Source: Verrucomicrobia bacterium UBA1731
GTDB lineage: Bacteria > Verrucomicrobiota > Kiritimatiellia > RFP12 > UBA1067
Direction of reading: 5' to 3'
Assembly: GCA_002317575.1 (NCBI GenBank)
Contig: DCIH01000004.1
Span: forward strand, 21,171-59,163
DNA length: 37,993 bases
Both the position numbers and the translations under genes were made by a program. The notes beneath the pieces were generated by a model. That model was not told the DNA's origin, ran no database searches, and worked only from the letters and a program-made list of their open reading frames with translations. Of this stretch, positions 14,366 through 27,200 are shown piece by piece; position 1 is the stretch's first letter; the number at the start of each line of letters is the position of its first letter.

Positions 14366-16369
14366 TCACGAAGGAACGTCCCCCGTGGTGAGAATGAGTT
14401 TCTGCCCGTTCGCGTACGCGCCGACGCGAGAACCGATGCGGGCGATGGCCGCTCCGATTTCCGTTGCGCTCACGCCGCTGTCTGCGAGGTTTCCGTCGAC
14501 GGTCAGCGACGCAAGATGCCCAGCCGTTGCGTTCTTGACCTTGTCCGCCTTGCCTTCTCCCGCTCCGCCGTTGTCGAGCTTTTCCTTGTCGGCGGCGCTC
14601 ATGAGTCCGTCCATCGTGGTCGTTGCCGTTCCGTCGAGATTCACTTCGACGGAGAACGACGCGTCTTCCTCTTGGACGATGATCTTCATCTTCTGCAGGA
14701 ACACGTCGTAAACGACGGAGCTGACAGTCTGCCAAGTTCCGAAGCCGGGCGTCCCGCGCTTGCGAGACCTTTCGTTGAACACTGCCTGCCAGTGCGATTC
14801 CTTGTTTGCGAACGCGTCCGGCTCGGTTACCGCCTTGACGACCGTCAAATTCCCGAACGAATCGTTGCCGCAGAACTCGGTGTGCCAGTACGGTTCCTCT
14901 TCCGGCGCGTACGCCTTGGTGTACTTCAGCTTTTGGAGAAGCGACCTCATGCCAGCTTCCGTGTTCGCGGTCGCGTAGTTCTCGAGGATGATGTTCATGC
15001 GCTCGAGTCCGATGCCGTACGGATCGAGTCCGTTGACGATGGAGTAGTCCACGCGTCCGCTTCCAGTTGCGTCTGTCGCCACGCGGTAGTTTGTCACCCA
15101 CGGGCGGCTCGTAATGTCTTTAGCCACGCCGTCCTCGACCAGCCACGTGCTTGTTCTGTCGGCGAGGATGAAGTGCACGTCGAAGTTCCAGCTGACGGGA
15201 ACCCACACCGCGTCCGCGAGGAACCGGGCCGCGCCCTGCGCCGTCGAGAATCCGTCCAGCGCGTACCGAACGCCCGAGAAGACGCACACGTCGCGCCCAT
15301 GCCATCCGCTCGTCGCCTTCTTCGGAACGACGTTCACGCAGGCCGTGAGAGACACGTCGTTTATGCCGTCCGTAATCATGCAAGGCATCGCCTTCATCCA
15401 GTCGTTTTTAGCCCTGCTTGCGACGATCTCGTCGGTGAGTTGCTTGATGCCCCCGGCGATGCCCATAGTACGGTGCTTTCCGTTGTGCGCTTCCGTGCGC
15501 ACGATGAAGCTCGCGCTTTCGTCGTAGTACCAGTCGTAGTTGCGCCCGAAGTATCGGAAGTTCCGGGCGACCGAGCAGAGTCCCATCGCCGCGAACTGGT
15601 AGTTTTGCTTGAGCCACTCTTCGACGCCTTCGTAGTCGATGGCGCGGTATTCCGTCAGCCACAGGTACTCCCGCACTTTTTTGATGAGCGAGTAGCCGTT
15701 CCCGTAGACGCCTTCGTAGAGCTTGTCGTCCGCCGCCTTTCGCGCCGCCGTTTCCGCCATGTCAGCCGCCGCGCGCGTCACGGTCTCTGCGGCGAGGTCT
15801 TCCGCACCTGCAAACGACGCCGGATTCTTTCCGCTGTCCGCGATATTGCCGTCCGCCGTGAGCGACGCGAGGTTGCCAGCAGTTGCGTTTTTCACCTTGT
15901 CGGCCTTGTCGGCCACTTCGGCGGAAATGTCGATCACGACGTTTCCTGTACCGTCCGGCTTCTTTCCGTTCACGGAGAGGACGACGTACCGCCCTGCTTC
16001 CGGGTCGCTCGGATCCATCTGCGGCACGATCCCCTGCATGGTCGATTCCGTCACCGTCAGCTTTCCGCGCCCGCTGAAGTAGTAGGTCGGCATCTTGAAG
16101 TGGACTTCGTAGAAGCTCTCGCCAAGCGTGTCAAACGTCTCGTTTGTGAATGTGACGCGCCAAACGTTGCCGACCTTGCGCGTGTTATATTCCCACGGGA
16201 TCGCGCTCCCCGGCTTGACGACAACGACCTTGACGTCGCTGGCCCCGGTGGGCACGCCGACGATGTCCGCCATCGCCGCCGAGTTCTCGCCGACGTAGAG
16301 CGCCGTGAGCTGGATTTCGGGGTTGCCCGTTTGAAGTTGAACCGAAGTCGTGATCTGCCTGCCGTACAT
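14366..16369 (-). CDS. tail fibre/spike protein with embedded Ntn-hydrolase (choloylglycine hydrolase / penicillin V acylase-like, C59) domain (667 aa)
   Basis: ATG 16369 behind GAGGGAGG. The central region reads C265-SVARNFRYFGRNYDW...HRTMGIAGG...ITDGINDVSLTACVNVVP...DVHFILADRTSTWLVEDG...RPWVTNY. This parallels the bile-salt-hydrolase motifs C-T...GRNMD, DGMNEKGL..AGLN and LTNSP. It is flanked by KADKVKNATAG(N/H)LASLT.DGN.ADSG fibre repeats and a GLMSAADKEKLD motif. Confidence 0.7.
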   Translation of the reverse strand: MYGRQITTSVQLQTGNPEIQLTALYVGENSAAMADIVGVPTGASDVKVVVVKPGSAIPWEYNTRKVGNVWRVTFTNETFDTLGESFYEVHFKMPTYYFSGRGKLTVTESTMQGIVPQMDPSDPEAGRYVVLSVNGKKPDGTGNVVIDISAEVADKADKVKNATAGNLASLTADGNIADSGKNPASFAGAEDLAAETVTRAAADMAETAARKAADDKLYEGVYGNGYSLIKKVREYLWLTEYRAIDYEGVEEWLKQNYQFAAMGLCSVARNFRYFGRNYDWYYDESASFIVRTEAHNGKHRTMGIAGGIKQLTDEIVASRAKNDWMKAMPCMITDGINDVSLTACVNVVPKKATSGWHGRDVCVFSGVRYALDGFSTAQGAARFLADAVWVPVSWNFDVHFILADRTSTWLVEDGVAKDITSRPWVTNYRVATDATGSGRVDYSIVNGLDPYGIGLERMNIILENYATANTEAGMRSLLQKLKYTKAYAPEEEPYWHTEFCGNDSFGNLTVVKAVTEPDAFANKESHWQAVFNERSRKRGTPGFGTWQTVSSVVYDVFLQKMKIIVQEEDASFSVEVNLDGTATTTMDGLMSAADKEKLDNGGAGEGKADKVKNATAGHLASLTVDGNLADSGVSATEIGAAIARIGSRVGAYANGQKLILTTGDVPS
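14474..14551. repeat. direct repeat, left copy (pairs with 15830..15913)
   Basis: About 75% identical by hand alignment to 15830..15913. Both copies encode KADKVKNATAGxLASLTxDGNxADSG. Confidence 0.7.
15830..15913. repeat. direct repeat, right copy (pairs with 14474..14551)
   Basis: See the left copy. Together the two copies bracket the Ntn-hydrolase domain. Confidence 0.7.
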
Positions 16370-16402
16370 TGTCGCCTCCCTCGTTTTCGCCGCGCGGGTC
16401 AA

Positions 16403-19051
<2,649 letters not shown>

Positions 19052-21334
19052 TCACGCCGGAGGTTCGTATGCCTTTCCCCAATCGTCCGGGTCGTCGTCG
19101 TCGTATTCTCCGATGTCGAATCCGAGCAGGGTTCTGTGCTCGTATTCGACCACGAGGTTGCGCATGGAGATGACGTGGCTTGATTGTGTCATCCCGCACG
19201 ATTCCGCCTGCGGAGCGTCCGCCTGCGGAAACGGCAACGGCTGGACGGTCGCCTCCCACGTCTCGAGCGTTCTCGGTATCGACGCGAGGTCGGCGTAGAA
19301 ATTCTTGACGATCTGCTCGCGTTCAGCCGATCCGCTGTTGATTCTCTGCGCCCTCGCTTTCGTCCACTTGCTTCGCGCGTCTTTCACGGCGTCCACGGCC
19401 TTGTTGATCTCGTTGTTCAGCTCGCGCTGTTTGTCTCGTATCAGTTTTTGCGCGTGCGCGTTCGGTTCGGATGCCGCCTCATAAGCGGCGTCCATTTGTT
19501 CGATTATTTTTGCGTCGCGTGCGTCCGGCTCGAGCCAGTCCATGCGTATGATTTTCTCGACCGCGTCGTTTGCGCTCCTGTCCGTCGGACGGCACGCGTC
19601 GAGCGCTTCGGCGAGGCGTTCGTTTCGGAATTCGATGATCGTCTTTCGCGCCGCGTGACGGACGCCGAGTTCCGCCTTTTTGAGGTTTTCCACGGTAGTC
19701 GACCATGACGAGTCGATTGACGCGACCTCTTCGCGCTCCTTGTTTCGTGATTTAGTAAGCTCTGTGTTCGCCTTTTCCCACGCCGTTTCGTATTCAGCCA
19801 CTTTTTTCTCGTTTCGCTCCTTGAACGAGAACGACACGCGCTGGAATCCGATGTCGCAGAGCTCGCGTTGCACCTCTCGCCGTTCCGTCTGCTTGTCGAT
19901 TGGGTCTCCGAACTTGTCAACGAGGTGCACGTATTCTCCCCAGTACTGCTCTTCGGGATAGGTTCCTTGGTCTTCGTCGAGTTCCCACCGTCCGTCCATG
20001 CGCGCGGCCATAACCCAAGTCGCCGCAGACAGGACGAAATCGGCGCGCACCGCCTTGATGCGTCCCGTTTGGTAGCAGTTTGCGACGCTGATCTTGTATT
20101 TCACGGAGTCAGCCGTGATTCGCGTGTACGTGTCGTATTGCGTTCGCGGCTTCGGAGGCGTCGCCGCCACCTTGCGGCTTCCGTTCTTTCCGTAGTATGT
20201 TGCGTACGCGATGTTTGCGTAGTCGTAACGCCACCACGCGCTGTACGCGGCGAGTCCCGTGTCGTTTGTCCACCCGAGCGTGTCCGTCACGTTGGCGTTT
20301 TGGTATTCTCCGAAGTTCGCCTGCTGGTCGGGCCTGTCCATTTCGCTCCCGCCTTCGCTACCGGACTGCGTCTTCCACTTTGACGTTTCATGGAATCCCG
20401 AACGTATCGGCAACGCGGCGCTTGTCCACGTCATGGTCATGCGTTCGGCGTCCGCGTACAGGCGCTTGACGTCGTCCTCCAGCAGAAGTTCCGCACGGTG
20501 GTTCTCCGGCGCTTCGCGCGTGATTGCGCCTTGCGCGTCCGCAATCCAGAACCCGTGACCTTTGTGGTTTTTGTCGGAAAGGAGAAAGTCGAGGACGTTT
20601 GCGGCGTATGCGTCGGCGCTTTCGCCCTCGAAGTCGCACAGTTCCAGCGACGCGTACTTCGTGAATCCGTCGGCGAGGTTTTCCTTGGAGGCGAGTTCCT
20701 TGACGTCGATCCGCGCGGAGTCGTATGCGTCCGCTTTCGCGTCTTCGCATTCCGTCTTTATGGCGTACAGGTTTTTCGACGACGTCTTGCGCTCGGATTC
20801 CGTCGCCGCGTTCCACGCGTCCGTTATGGCGGAGAGACGCATTTCGTGGTGGAACGCCATTCCGCGCAGGACGAGCTTTTTCTTCTCCTTTGCCCACGCG
20901 AGGTGTCTCTTCGCCGTCGAGCAGGCATCCGCGCACGCGGCGTACGCCTCGGCGGCGGCGACCCATTCTTCTTCCGTTTCTGCGGATTCCATTGCCGCCT
21001 TGGCCGCGTCTTCGGCCTCTTTGAGCGTGTCGTATGCTTCCTGTTTGGCGTCCACGTCGTCCTGCAGTTCTTTCGTCTTGCGTTCCAAGGCGTCGGCGTA
21101 CGTCTCGTTTTCTGCCGCCTGCTGTGCGCTGTGCGTTTCAGCGACTTGTGCGAGCGCTTCGGAAAGGCGAGAGTTTTCGGAGATTGCCGCCTGCGCGGCG
21201 GCTTCATTCGCCTCTTCGACGGCTTCGTCCCGCTCGGCGTATCGCGCCGCGATCTTTCCGAACGACGGGTACGAGACCATCCCCGCCTGCTTCATCAGCG
21301 CGCCGATGCGCTTGTAGTTTTCCCTGTTTCCCAT
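19052..21334 (-). CDS. large distal-tail/baseplate-associated structural protein (760 aa), family unknown
   Basis: ATG 21334 (MGNRENY) behind GGAG; the track start at 21346 is TTG directly abutting the upstream stop. Coiled-coil-like Ala/Glu-rich flanks around a globular core. Position lies between the tape measure and the fibres. Confidence 0.5.
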   Translation of the reverse strand: MGNRENYKRIGALMKQAGMVSYPSFGKIAARYAERDEAVEEANEAAAQAAISENSRLSEALAQVAETHSAQQAAENETYADALERKTKELQDDVDAKQEAYDTLKEAEDAAKAAMESAETEEEWVAAAEAYAACADACSTAKRHLAWAKEKKKLVLRGMAFHHEMRLSAITDAWNAATESERKTSSKNLYAIKTECEDAKADAYDSARIDVKELASKENLADGFTKYASLELCDFEGESADAYAANVLDFLLSDKNHKGHGFWIADAQGAITREAPENHRAELLLEDDVKRLYADAERMTMTWTSAALPIRSGFHETSKWKTQSGSEGGSEMDRPDQQANFGEYQNANVTDTLGWTNDTGLAAYSAWWRYDYANIAYATYYGKNGSRKVAATPPKPRTQYDTYTRITADSVKYKISVANCYQTGRIKAVRADFVLSAATWVMAARMDGRWELDEDQGTYPEEQYWGEYVHLVDKFGDPIDKQTERREVQRELCDIGFQRVSFSFKERNEKKVAEYETAWEKANTELTKSRNKEREEVASIDSSWSTTVENLKKAELGVRHAARKTIIEFRNERLAEALDACRPTDRSANDAVEKIIRMDWLEPDARDAKIIEQMDAAYEAASEPNAHAQKLIRDKQRELNNEINKAVDAVKDARSKWTKARAQRINSGSAEREQIVKNFYADLASIPRTLETWEATVQPLPFPQADAPQAESCGMTQSSHVISMRNLVVEYEHRTLLGFDIGEYDDDDPDDWGKAYEPPA

Positions 21335-21346
21335 CGTCGGCTCCAA

Positions 21347-22276
21347 TTACCGTCCGCGCGCGTTGTCGAGGTCGCGCTTGGCCTTGTCGTATGCTTCTTC
21401 CGCTTCTTCCAGCGCTTTCTTGGCCTCCTTTTCGCGCTCCGCCCAGTCCGCGCTCTTTTGGGATCGTGAGTCCATGATCGCCTTGTACGCCTCCTGCGCG
21501 TCTGCGTACGCCCGTTCTGCGTCTTTGTACGCCGCCATTTCGGCTCCGACGCCCTGCACCTCAGCGATGGCGATTTCTGTATTGTCTATCGCATCGTTTA
21601 GCGCGTCGACGAGTTCCTGCGAGTACATTTCCGGCGTGCGTCCGTGTATGTACGTGTTGAGGTCGTTTTTGAGTCCTGTAGCCGTCTGTTTGAGCGAGAG
21701 TTCATCGTCTTCGTCTCTCGCGTTGTCGATCTTTTCGTCGAGCGACTGCTTCCATTTGTTGTACACGGCCTTCTTGAGCGCCTTCATTTCCGGGTCGCCC
21801 TCGTATTTCATGTACTCGTCCATCGCTTCGATCATCTTGTCGGCGATTTCGGACGCGCTCATCTTTTCCGCCATGCGTTTTTGCTCGGCGAGAACTTGGC
21901 TTGCGTAATCCCGGAACTTGAAGTCCCACTCCCTGTCGCAGACGAATCGAAATCTCGACTCCATCGGCTCGTCGATTCCGTCAGCGCTCCAAATCCACCC
22001 GAGATCAAGCGCGCCTGTCAGTTGTCCGTGCGGGACGTCCACGTCGTTTTCCGTGATTCGCGGAATCGTGTACACCCACGAGCGGAAGTCGGGCATCAAT
22101 CTTCCCGTCCACGTGAAAGGCCCGCCCGTCCGCTCTATGGCCGCTTCGGCGAGGAACGGCGGATCTTCCGTCTTCATGACGCGCTTCTGCGCGCGCATCG
22201 GGAGCTTGCCTTCCTTGCCGTTGTCTTCCACGCGCCGGAGGTCATCGTCGAAGAAGAATTCATAATCGTAGGCCAT
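21347..22276 (-). CDS. structural protein, family unknown (309 aa)
   Basis: GGAGG SD, balanced composition, located in the distal-tail block. Confidence 0.5.
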   Translation of the reverse strand: MAYDYEFFFDDDLRRVEDNGKEGKLPMRAQKRVMKTEDPPFLAEAAIERTGGPFTWTGRLMPDFRSWVYTIPRITENDVDVPHGQLTGALDLGWIWSADGIDEPMESRFRFVCDREWDFKFRDYASQVLAEQKRMAEKMSASEIADKMIEAMDEYMKYEGDPEMKALKKAVYNKWKQSLDEKIDNARDEDDELSLKQTATGLKNDLNTYIHGRTPEMYSQELVDALNDAIDNTEIAIAEVQGVGAEMAAYKDAERAYADAQEAYKAIMDSRSQKSADWAEREKEAKKALEEAEEAYDKAKRDLDNARGR

Positions 22277-22295
22277 TTGTTCGCCTCCGCCCGCG

Positions 22296-23270
22296 TCAGT
22301 TGTAGAACGGGATTTTAGAGAGCTGGCTTCTGTTGTCTTGGGTCACGACGTCGTCTTCGAGTTCATAGATCGTGACGCACGTCTTGTCGTCGTCGCTCTG
22401 CGCTTCCGTTTGAACGACCGAGAGCGTGAAATCCTCGGCTGGGTGGTCGACGCGGACGACGACTGTCTGCCATTCGTTGACGCACGTGTTTTCCGTTTTC
22501 GTGGCCTGCACGCGACCGAGCATCATGCGCTGGTTCGTGACGTACGGCTTCCACGCCGCGTCCTTTTCGATTTCCTTGCCTTCTTCCGTTTCGTATACGA
22601 TGGCGAACGTCCCGGTCGTGTCGCGCTCTAATTTCACGACGTCGTCCATGATCTGCTGGTTGACGAAGTGCTCTGTCACCGTTCTTTCGCCTTCGCCGGA
22701 GTCGTAGGTGTATGTGACGCGGCAGATGGTTCCGACGACGTCGCTCTGCATGGTCTTTCCGAATCCGTCCGTGTCAGCCGACGCCAAGACGCGCGGCCAC
22801 GGTTTTAAGTGCGCGTAAATCGTCCATTTTTCAACGCGTCTCGCCACGCCCTCGTATTCGCTTTCGTCGCTCGTCGCATGATCGTCATCCACGTCGGCGA
22901 TGGCGTACCAGTCGCCTATGATTTCGCCATCCGCGTCTTTCGCGTTGTCGTTTTTCGCCATGTACAGGTCGTCGGCGTTGAGGATCGCCGATCCCGTCGG
23001 CACGAAAATCTGCCATTCTCCGAGCGTGTCGTCTTCCTCGCTCCAAGGGAACCACCTAATCGTCCACGGCTTGACCGCTTCTTCGTCGGCGAACACGTTC
23101 GTGCGCGGCGATTCCGTGGCCGCGTTGATGGTAGTCCCGAAGCCGGAGCGGGATATGCGCTGGCCGACGGACGGCTTGACCTGCGACTGCTTGATGATCT
23201 TGACGAGCGTGCGACCAAACGCCACAGTTATCGGCTGGTCGGGGTTCGGCGGTTTTGGCGCGTACTGCAT
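22296..23270 (-). CDS. structural protein, family unknown (324 aa)
   Basis: AAGGGGGA SD. Beta-rich acidic protein in the distal-tail block. Confidence 0.5.
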   Translation of the reverse strand: MQYAPKPPNPDQPITVAFGRTLVKIIKQSQVKPSVGQRISRSGFGTTINAATESPRTNVFADEEAVKPWTIRWFPWSEEDDTLGEWQIFVPTGSAILNADDLYMAKNDNAKDADGEIIGDWYAIADVDDDHATSDESEYEGVARRVEKWTIYAHLKPWPRVLASADTDGFGKTMQSDVVGTICRVTYTYDSGEGERTVTEHFVNQQIMDDVVKLERDTTGTFAIVYETEEGKEIEKDAAWKPYVTNQRMMLGRVQATKTENTCVNEWQTVVVRVDHPAEDFTLSVVQTEAQSDDDKTCVTIYELEDDVVTQDNRSQLSKIPFYN

Positions 23271-23288
23271 GGCGGCATCCCCCTTACG

Positions 23289-24194
23289 CTATTCCAGCTT
23301 TCCGTCGTAGATCCACGTGTGGTTCAGGTCGTTTGTGCACACCCATTCTTCGGTGCGCGTCCACGTCGTGTCGGCGTTCATCTGCCATTGGTCGACGGAT
23401 TTGAACCAGCGGTACTTATCGGAGTCGGTGTACCCCTTGATTTTCACCGGGGGGTCGCAGAACTGCCCGATGGTTTCGTCGTCGTCGCAGATCTCGAACG
23501 TCGCCCCCTTTTCGATGGCGTGCGTGTCGGGGTCGAATTTGACGCCTTTCGGGCGGACGTAGTTGCTGACCTTTTGGATCACGGGGAGGTAGAGGTTGAA
23601 GCTGTCTATGCCAGCCGTCTTGGCCGCGCAGTATTTTTTCGCGCCGACGCTGTTTACCTTCAGCTCCTTTCCGACCGCGCTTCCGCGTTCGTCGAAGTTG
23701 AAATAATAGAACGTCGGGTCGTTGTTCTCGTCCCACTTGGTGCGCGCCGCCTCGTTTGTCATGTTCCACTTGCGTATCTGCTTCTGTGCGTTCTTCGAGT
23801 CCGCGTCGAGCTTCGCTGGCATGAGTAGGTAGTGCGTCTCGAGGGACTTCTGAACCTCGCGCATCTCGATGTTGTACGTGACGGCGAACTCTTTGTCGAC
23901 GCCGTTTGGCGCGTGGACGAGCTGTGCCGTTATGACGCCGACGAGCGCGTCGCGCCTGCTCTTCTCGAGGTCGATGATGTAGTAGTGCGACGCGTCCGGG
24001 AGGTCTTCCGCTTTGACGAGCCAGTCCGTTGCGCGCTGTCCGACGTACGCGCCCTCTCCCTTGATGTCTTCCCAACGGGCGACCATCGTTATGGTGACGT
24101 ACCTGCGGTCGTCGTATTTGATCGACAGTTCCGGCTGAGCGAACATTTCGCCTTCGGCCAGCTTTCCGTAGTAGATCGGCTCTTTCGTTGCCAT
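23289..24194 (-). CDS. putative distal tail protein, called by position after the tape measure (301 aa)
   Basis: ATG 24194 (MATKEPIYYG) behind GAGAGGAA. It is the first gene after the tape measure. No motif recognised. Confidence 0.4.
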   Translation of the reverse strand: MATKEPIYYGKLAEGEMFAQPELSIKYDDRRYVTITMVARWEDIKGEGAYVGQRATDWLVKAEDLPDASHYYIIDLEKSRRDALVGVITAQLVHAPNGVDKEFAVTYNIEMREVQKSLETHYLLMPAKLDADSKNAQKQIRKWNMTNEAARTKWDENNDPTFYYFNFDERGSAVGKELKVNSVGAKKYCAAKTAGIDSFNLYLPVIQKVSNYVRPKGVKFDPDTHAIEKGATFEICDDDETIGQFCDPPVKIKGYTDSDKYRWFKSVDQWQMNADTTWTRTEEWVCTNDLNHTWIYDGKLE

Positions 24195-24249
24195 GTCGCG
24201 TTCCTCTCTCTTTCGCAATTGCCGAAGAGGTCAAACGCGCAAGGCCGCG

Positions 24250-27200
24250 TCAGCGAGACCAGCGGACGGTTCCGGCGCGCCTGCCGCCTTCCGGGTTCTG
24301 CTTCGTCATGGCCGACAGCATCTGCCGCGTGATTCCGACGAGCGACTTCGTGTTTTCCGCCGTCTTCGTGCCCCACGAGGACACGTTTCCGCCGAGGCCC
24401 ATCTGCGTGAGTCGGTTTTGCGGCTTCAGCTTCTCGCGGTACGCGAGTTCCTTTTCGTCGCCCTCGTATTTCATGTCGGCGATTGCCGAGCGCGCGCTTT
24501 CGATGCGGATCCGGCTTTCGTCGCGCGTGCGCTTGAGGACTGCCAGCTCTTCGACGCCGATTTTCGCGCCGTTGGCGACTTGGATGATGCGCTTCGCGGC
24601 CTCGTCCATCGGGTTCGCGTTGACGCGCGCCTCGTATTCCGCGCGCTGTTGGCGCGTGAGGTTCAGCTTCCCGCCGTTCTCCTGCGCACGGATGAGGACG
24701 TCGCTGTCGGCGTACTCGCGCCGTCCGCGAGCGAGTTGCTCATGCTCGATGGCCATGCGGCCTTCGTAGCTCGCGCGCTTGCGGCGCTGGTCGCGTTCGA
24801 ATTCCTCGTCTGCCATTTTGTACTGATGCGTGCGTTGCTCGTTTTCCATCTTGACGTCGCGACGCCGCAGATCGTCTTGGGCGAGGCGTCCTCGAGCCCC
24901 GGTCATGTAGTCGTATGCTTCCTGTCTCTGCCGCTCCGCTTGGTACTGCTCGTCCCGCGTCATCTTCGGGCCGCGACCTTCGTTTGACGCGCGTATCTTT
25001 TCGTCGAGATCGTTGTAGATGCGGCTGTACTCCGCCTGCATCCGCTCGTCCATCGCGCGCCGTCCCTCGTCCGTTTCAGCGTTGTACTTCGCTTCGCGCT
25101 CGTAATCCTTGCGCTCCTTTTCGACGGCGTGCAGGCGATCCTCTTCCGCGCGTCGCAGTTCGCGCTCGAGCGCCTTCTGCGCGGACTGCGCGGCGAAGCG
25201 CTGGGATCGTGCGGCGTTTCTGTAGTTGATCGCGTTGGACAGGCGCTGGGCGTCCACGTCGCTCATTTCCTTGTAGTACTTCGCTTCGATTTCGGCGATG
25301 CGGTCTTGCACCTTCATCTGCTCTTCCAGCAGGGCGCGCTGTTCGCTTTCGCCCATGCTCCCGGACTGGAACTTTGCCGTTATGTCGGCGTCCTTTTTGT
25401 TCAGCTCGGCGAGGGTCTTCGTGGTGTCTTTAACCTTCTGCATTTCGACCGTTATGGACGCGATCTCTTCGGCGAGCTTCGCCTTTTCCTCTTCAGTGGC
25501 GCTCCCGGAGGACATCGCCTTTTCGGCTTCCTGTTTTTTCCAGTAGAGTCTGTTGTATTCGTCGTCTGCGGCTTTGCCGATTTTGTCCGCGTACTTCGCG
25601 CGGATTTCCTTGACGGTCGCGTCTTCGTCGTTTTCTTCAGTCTGCCAGCGCGCAACTTCCTTTTTGGCGTCTTCTGCCTTCATCGCGTATCCGGCTTCCT
25701 CGTTTGCCTGCTCGCGGGCGTATTGGCGCTGTTGCTCGTTTATGTCGTATTCCTCGCGCGCGATCTGCTCGTCGCGGTTGTACTTGGCCATGCGCATGGA
25801 GCGCGCCTGCTCGACGCGGGCGAGTCGGTTTTCCTCGTCCGTCGCCTTTTTCTGCGCGTCCACGGTTCTGCGGCGCTCTTCGATGGTCTTGCGCTCTTCC
25901 GCGAGGACGTCGAGCTGTCCCTTCGTCAGTTTCTCGCCGCCGACGATCACGCCTTCGAGCGCCTTGATTGTCTGCGCAGCAGATTCGATGGCCTTGTTGT
26001 TCTCGTCCGCCTTTTCCGTGAGTTGTTTGAGACCTTTCTCGCCCGCGTTCAGCCCCCATTGGCTCGCCGCTTCTCCGAAGTACCCGAAGTCTGCGTATTG
26101 GTTTTGTGCGTCCGTTATCTGCTTCCCGAGTTCCTGCGCTTTTGCGAGCGCCTCTTTAGCGGCTTTGAGCTTGTCTTCTGCGTTTTTCGTTTCGACGGCG
26201 TTTCGTCTCGCTTCCACGTCCAGCGCCTGCGTCTGCTCTTCGTAGTTCGATTGGTCGTCCGCCTCTTTGGCGTTCTGCTCGGCGTAGAATCTCTCGTTTG
26301 CGCTGACGGCGCTCATCGCGGCGCGCGTCTTCATGAGGTCGCGTTGCGCCTTTTCCGTCGCCCGTACGGCGTCCGCCTGCTCCTTTTCGATCTCCAGCTC
26401 CTTTTTCGCCATCTCCGCGTTTCGGTCGTATATCTCCATGCGCTTTGCGAGGATCGAATTCGCAGATTCCGTCGCCTGCCCGAGCGCTTCGATTTGGTTC
26501 AGTTCTGTTTCGACCTTGCGCTCGATGCCGCTCCAATAGAAAAAGAGCGCCTTGGAGAATTCGACGATTTTCGAGAATCCCTCGATGGCAAGCCCGATGG
26601 CCGTCGCCTTGAGCATATTCTTGAGCGCCGTACCTGTAATGCGCGCGCCCGCCGCCAAACGGAAGAGCGAGGTTATGAGGCCGTTCACGTCGCCGTTGAC
26701 GATCTGCGTCGGGATTTCGTTGGGGTCGAAACCTCGCCGAAGCGATTCCCCTGCGGAGTCCACGTTCTGCCGGAGGTTCGAGACGCTTTTGTCGATGTCT
26801 TGGAGGACGGGGCCGAACTTCTCCATTTCCTTGGCGCTCATGCCCTGCATCGACTTGCGGAGCTTGTCGTTTTCCTCGTTGATTTTTGCGAGGGACTGCG
26901 CGTTCAGCTCCCCGGACAGGAGTTCCTTCATGCGCGAGAGGTGTCCGTTCGCCTCTTTCGCCTTCGACGGGTCGACGTTCTTGAGCGCCGCCGACATCCG
27001 CGTTATGCCTTCCTCGAGTCCGCGCGCGCTCTTGATCTTTTCGATGCGCTCGTTGAGGAGTTCCATCTTGTCGATGCCCGTGGCTTCGACCGAGAGCTTG
27101 ATCTTGAGAGCGTCTTGGACGGCGTCGCTGAATTCCTCGTATGCCGCGCCGACCTTTTTGATTTCCTTGTTGATGCGGACGAGTCCGTCCGGCTTGATGT

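Noticed and set aside
14474-15913. Diversity-generating retroelement (template/variable repeat pair) acting on the fibre genes.
   Set aside because: No reverse transcriptase gene is in the window. The two 80-bp repeats differ by several kinds of substitution rather than at adenines only, and both lie inside the same gene encoding a structural motif.
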